Below, piece after piece: positions 59,253 through 64,000 of a stretch of DNA of 64,000 nucleotides; the first letter of the stretch is position 1; each line of letters starts with the position of its first letter. Under the pieces are notes generated by a model. The model worked only from the letters and a program-made list of their open reading frames with translations. It had not been told where the DNA came from and did no database searches. Where the stretch lies: assembly GCA_024280885.1 (NCBI GenBank), contig JAJRPF010000070.1:107861-171860 (forward strand), in the 5' to 3' direction. The translations under genes and the position numbers were made by a program. Source of the DNA: Planctomycetota bacterium. Lineage in GTDB: Bacteria; Planctomycetota; JAJSAM01; JAJVHW01.

Positions 59253-60238
59253 GTCGCGATCCGTACCAAGGCGTGCGCCACGCACTGACGATCATCCCCC
59301 TGATTCAGGCCCGTCAGGGGATCACGATCGAGGAGCTGATGGAGGCGACCGGCCTCTCCGAGAGCCAGATCCGGGACGAGCTTCAGAGCCTCGTGATGCT
59401 CTGCGGCGTGCCGCCGTACTCGCCCAATAACTACGTTTCGCTCTGGATCGAAGACCGCCAGGTCTACATCCGTTTCGCCGAGCAATTCGAACGTCCTGTG
59501 AGACTTGTCGTTCCGGAAGCGCTGGCGCTCCTGCTCGCGCTCCAGCGGCTGGATCGGCGCGAGCACCCGTACCGCGACGCCGTGCGCCGGTTGCAGGGCA
59601 AGATCCGTGAGGCGCTCGGGCCGGAGGCAGCGCGCGAACTCGAGAAGGCCGAGAAGGCCATTCGCATGGGGGACCGCGCGGGCGGAGGGCGCGTGCGCCA
59701 GTTGCGCGAGGCGATGGCCCAGTGTCGCGAGCTGCGCATCACATACTGGTCGGCGCATCGCTCGGCACTGTCAGAGCGTGTCATCCAGCCCTACGGAATG
59801 ACCGAGTTCGGGGGCGACTGGTACGTCGTCGCTCACGACTCGGTGCGCGGCAAACCCGTGACGTTCCGGATCGACCGGATCCGCGAGGCGGAACTGCTCG
59901 ACTCCGAGTATGAGATTCCCGACGACTTCGACATCCAGTCCTGGCGCGATGCGTCGCAGTTCACGGCTCCCGCAGGTCGCACGATTGCGCGTGTGATCCT
60001 CCGCGGGATGGGGGCCCGTTTCGCACGCGAGCAACTGCCGCGGCGCGATGTCAAGGACCTGCCCGACGGCTCGCTGCTCGCTCGCGTTACGGTGCGCTCC
60101 GAGGCCTGGTTCTTCTCGTGGCTCTTGCCTTTTGGTCCCGACGCGGAGGTGATCGAACCGCTCGACCTGCGCGAGCGGGTTGCGGAGACCTGTCGCAAGA
60201 TCCTCGATTTCTACGACGAGCGTCCGCCCGCCGCCTGA
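59249..60238 (+). CDS. WYL-domain transcriptional regulator, PafC-like
   Basis: ATGA overlap with the PafB-like gene. WYL motif (GGDWYVVAHDSVRGKPVTFRIDRI). Confidence 0.7.
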   Translation: MSRDPYQGVRHALTIIPLIQARQGITIEELMEATGLSESQIRDELQSLVMLCGVPPYSPNNYVSLWIEDRQVYIRFAEQFERPVRLVVPEALALLLALQRLDRREHPYRDAVRRLQGKIREALGPEAARELEKAEKAIRMGDRAGGGRVRQLREAMAQCRELRITYWSAHRSALSERVIQPYGMTEFGGDWYVVAHDSVRGKPVTFRIDRIREAELLDSEYEIPDDFDIQSWRDASQFTAPAGRTIARVILRGMGARFAREQLPRRDVKDLPDGSLLARVTVRSEAWFFSWLLPFGPDAEVIEPLDLRERVAETCRKILDFYDERPPAA

Positions 60239-60293
60239 GGGCGGGGTGCTGATCGACTCACGCGAGCGCCGCCGCGCGCCGAAGGAAACGCCG

Positions 60294-61463
60294 ATGTCCA
60301 TTCCCGTAGCCGATCGAATTGCGTCCCTTGGGGGCTACGCCTTTGCCGAGGTCGACAAGCTCGTCCAGAATCTGCGCGACCAGGGTGCCGCTGTCATCGA
60401 CTTCGGGGTGGGCGATCCGCGCGCGCCGACTCCGCAGCTCGTACGCGACGCCGCATCGGCGGCGATGGCGCGTCACGCGACGAGCGGCTATCCGTCGTAT
60501 ATTGGCTCGCTCGACTTCCGCACGGCGTGCGCGGAGTGGGTGGGACGACGCTTCGGCGTGAAGGTGGATCCGGCGACGCACGTCACGGCGACGATCGGGA
60601 GCAAGGAGGCTGTGTTCCATGCCCCGCTCGCATTCGTCGATCCCGGGGATACCGTCATTTCCCCGGATCCGGGCTATCCGCCCTACGTTCGTGGGACGAC
60701 GTTCGCCGGCGGCGTGAACTACCGCTATCCGCTGCGTGCGTCGAACGACTACCTCCCCGATCTCGGGGCCATCCCGGACGACGTTCTCACGCGGGCAAAG
60801 GTGCTCTGGCTCTGCTACCCGAACAGCCCGACCGGGGCGGTCGCGAACCTCGACTTCTACCGCGAGGCGGCGCGCTTCTGTCGCGAGCGCGACATCCTGC
60901 TCTGCTCCGATGAGGCATACAGCGAGCTCTACTTCGGCGCCGATGCGCCCGTCAGCGCGCTCGAGACGGGGCTCGACAATGTGCTCACGTTCTTCTCGAT
61001 GAGCAAGCGTTCGGCGATGACGGGGTGGCGTTGCGGCTACGTCGTCGGCGACGCAGAAGCGATCGCGGCCTATCGGAAGCTGAAAACCAACATCGACTCG
61101 GGCACGCCGAACTTCGTGCAGGAGGCGGCGGTCGCTGCGCTGGCGGACGAGGAGCACGTCGAAGCGATGCGCGCGGACTATCGCGTGAAGCGCGACCTCA
61201 TCTGCGACGCGTTCGTGGCGACCGGATTGCCGGAATGCCGTCCCGCGGCCACCATCTACGTCTGGCAGAAGGTGCCGGACGGCGTCTCTGCCGAGGACTT
61301 CGCGAAGCGCCTGCTGGATCCGGCGATCGCGCTCGTGGCCACCCCGGGCACGTGGCTCTCCTCGGATCGCGAGGATGACCCTGCCGCGGGCCACATCCGC
61401 CTAGCGCTGGTACCGACGATCGCGGACTGCGAGGAAGCCGCCCGTCGGATCCGGTTGCTGTAG
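60294..61463 (+). CDS. Class I aminotransferase, LL-diaminopimelate aminotransferase (DapL)-like
   Basis: PLP-lysine region SMSKRSAMTGWRCGY. Overall DapL-like layout. Confidence 0.7.
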   Translation: MSIPVADRIASLGGYAFAEVDKLVQNLRDQGAAVIDFGVGDPRAPTPQLVRDAASAAMARHATSGYPSYIGSLDFRTACAEWVGRRFGVKVDPATHVTATIGSKEAVFHAPLAFVDPGDTVISPDPGYPPYVRGTTFAGGVNYRYPLRASNDYLPDLGAIPDDVLTRAKVLWLCYPNSPTGAVANLDFYREAARFCRERDILLCSDEAYSELYFGADAPVSALETGLDNVLTFFSMSKRSAMTGWRCGYVVGDAEAIAAYRKLKTNIDSGTPNFVQEAAVAALADEEHVEAMRADYRVKRDLICDAFVATGLPECRPAATIYVWQKVPDGVSAEDFAKRLLDPAIALVATPGTWLSSDREDDPAAGHIRLALVPTIADCEEAARRIRLL

Positions 61464-61745
61464 CGGCCGCGGGCGCGGGCTTCGACCACCCTCGACGCGC
61501 GCGGCTTTCCGGAGGGTACCCGGGCATCGGCGCGACACCTGGCTCCGGCTGGCGACCGTCTTGAGCGCCGCTGACCGGGGACCCGGAGCAACGTGCGAGG
61601 GCGTGCGGCGCGCGTGGATCACCTGGCATCCCGGACGCTGCGTGCATCGGCCGCCGGGTCAATCTGCCCGGTTGCCCACCAGGCGTGATCCGCGGCCCGC
61701 ACGCTTCCGCGGAGTCTCCGTGGCATCTCGCCCGTAGAATCCCCG

Positions 61746-64000
61746 TATGCACGTATCCCGCCCGGTCTTCTCCCGCTGCCTCGTGACCCGCTCCGTCCTC
61801 GCCGTCGCGCTCGTGACCGCATCGGTCGCCGGTCTTCGCGCAACGTCGCCCGCCCTCTTCGCCCAGGAGACGGACGAAGACCCGATTGCGGAGGCCCGAG
61901 AGCGCGTTGACGTGGCGCGACCGCTCATGGAGCGGGGCTCGTACAGCGATGCGAGCCGTCAGCTCAAGCGTGCTCTCGAGGCGGACCCGACGAACGTCGA
62001 TGCCGCGCTCCTTCTGGCCGAGGCGTATCGCCAGACCGGCAAGCTCCGCAAGGCCGTGGACGCGCTCGCCGCATTCGACGCCGACACGCGGGTCCTCGCG
62101 CGACGCGGCGAACTACTCCTCGATGCGGGCGATGACTCCGGAGCGCGTATCGCCCTCGACGCCGCCCTTGTGGCCGACGAGGCGAATCTCGTCGCGCGCC
62201 GCTTGCTGGGACGGCTGCTCGAAGAGACCGGCCACCGGGATGAGGCGGTCGAGGCGTACGTCGCGGTGAACTCGACGTGGGCCCAGACCGAGGGTGAGGG
62301 TTCGGACGACGAACTACTTGCTGTCGCACGGGCGCGCCTGGGGGTCTTCCGCCTCTCCAAGGAGTTCAGCCCCAGCATCAATGGGGTGCTCTCGCGTCTC
62401 GAACCGATTGTGAAGCGCAGCCCCGGTCGCGTCGACGCTCTTGTCGAACTCGGCGACCTCTATCTTTCCGATCAGCGCGACGTCTTCGCGAAGACGTGGT
62501 ACGAGCGCGCCCTCGACCGCAATCCGCACTACGCGCCGGCGATCTTCGGAGTCGCCAGACAGAAGGCGTTCCGATTCGACATGGAGGCTCGGAAGGATGC
62601 CGAGCGTGCGCTTCGGGCGAACGGTGAGTTCATCCCAGCGTTGCTCTTCCTCGCGGCGCTGGAACTGGGGGATGGTCGCTACGACGCTGCAGAGAAGCAG
62701 ATCGACAAGGCGCTCGCGGTGAACGCGCGCCACCCCGAGGCGCGCGCTGCACGCGCGGCGCTGCATTATCTGCGCGGTGAGTCGGACGCATTCGAGGCCG
62801 AGGTGAAGGAAATTCTGGCGCGCAACGCCCACGCGTCGGTCGCGTATCTCGTACTGGCGCGCGCGTTGGAGGAGCAACGGCGCTTCGCGGAATCGCTGTC
62901 GCTGGGAGAGCGCGCACTCGCGGTCGACGAGCGTGACTGGGATGCTCATTTCCTCGTCGGCCGCAACGCGATGAACATCGGCGACGACGAGAAGTCCGAG
63001 GGCCATCTCAAGTCGGCCGAGGACGGCGACCCGTTCGCCAATATCTACCGCGCCAACTTCCTGAGCGTCTTTCGCCGTCTCCAGCGTTTCCCCGTGCGTG
63101 ACGACGCCGATTTCGTCGTGAAGCTCCCGTTGATCGAGGACGAGGCGTACTTTCCGCTCTTGCGTTCCGAACTGGGCAAGTCGCTGGCGGAACTGGAGCG
63201 GCGCTGGGACTTCGAGCAGCCGCGCCCACTCTTCATCTCGGTCTTCGATCAGCAGAATGACTTCGCCGCGCGCACGATCGGATTGCCGGGCTTCCCGGCG
63301 CTCGGCGCGTGTTTCGGCCGCGTCGTGACACTCGACAGCCCGCGGGCTCTGCCGCCGGGAGCGTTCTCGTGGCGGGCGACTCTGCACCACGAACTCGCGC
63401 ACGTCATCACGCTGGAGCTGTCCAAGGGACGCGTGCCGCGCTGGCTCACCGAAGGGCTCTCGGTCTACGAGGAGCGCAAGGTCTCGCCGCAGTGGAACCG
63501 TGAGTCGGAGCGCCAGTTGATCGATGCCATCGCGTCGGACGAGGTGCTGACGCTAGCCGATATCAACTCCGCGTTTCGCGGTCCGCGCGTGCTCTATGCG
63601 TACTACCAGGGCGGGCTCATGTGCGAGTTCATCGAGCGCGACTTCGGCTTCCCGGCGTTGCGCGAGATGGTGCGGCTCTTCGGGGATGGCTTGACCACGC
63701 CGCAGGTGGTGGAGCGCGCGCTCGAGATCGACGCCGAGGCGTTCGACGCACGCTTCCTGCAGTACGCGCAGGAGTACGTTGCTGGCCTGGCTGTCCTCGC
63801 GCGGCCCTCGCGGCGGAAGATGCGCAGGCTGAAGCTGCGGCTCCGCAAGGACAAGGACGACATCGATGGGCTGCTGCTCCTCGCTTCCGGACAGATTGCC
63901 CGTGGAGATGCGCCCGGTGCGCTCTCGTCGCTCTCCAAGGCCAGCAAGGTGGCCCCCGACGATCCCCGAATTGCGTTGATCCGGAGCCTGGTGGCGCAGT
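61746..64000 (+). CDS. Secreted TPR-repeat protein with HExxH zinc-peptidase-like C-terminal domain; 3-prime end beyond window
   Basis: Signal peptide MHVSRPVFSRCLVTRSVLAVALVTASVAGLRA, many TPRs, LHHELAHVITLE. Not in the ORF track because no stop lies inside the window. The antisense track ORF 62314..63402 is a shadow. Confidence 0.65.

Overview
This is a 64 kb chromosomal window from a GC-rich bacterium, roughly two-thirds G+C by eye; start codons include GTG and TTG. Because of the GC content, most long ORFs in the six-frame track are Arg/Ala/Gly-rich antisense shadow ORFs. I resolved about 60 genes by motif and context.

Housekeeping genes: metG, tyrS, rpsA, cmk-plsC, dxr-rseP, rlmN, ald, a DapL-type aminotransferase and a ybaK-type deacylase.

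Regulators: TetR, PadR, two sigma-54 enhancer-binding proteins, a histidine kinase/response regulator pair and a PafB/PafC-like WYL pair.

Toxin-antitoxin pairs: parDE and vapBC.

One tRNA: tRNA-Val(GAC). A roughly 300 bp segment containing its 3-prime half is duplicated 2.3 kb away. The two copies bracket a lower-GC islet with two uncharacterised genes and no integrase.

Other notable structure:
- Two copies of an ~88 nt near-perfect palindromic element with compensatory stem substitutions.
- An ECF sigma factor fused to a transmembrane segment and carboxypeptidase-regulatory-like repeats, apparently split by a frameshift.
- A RsbV/RsbW/RsbU-like partner-switching set wrapped around a sigma-54 activator and next to a two-component system.
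- A short (PrfH-coupled-type) RtcB translationally coupled to an RbfA-like gene instead of PrfH.
- A DUF62 SAM hydroxide adenosyltransferase coupled to a LarC-like nickel insertase, with no other lar genes in the window.
- A secreted protein with three Trp-rich repeats in an apparent operon with a membrane-anchored FAD oxidase.

No CRISPR array, rRNA or recognisable transposase or integrase is visible. All functional calls come from remembered family motifs, not searches, so they are family-level only.
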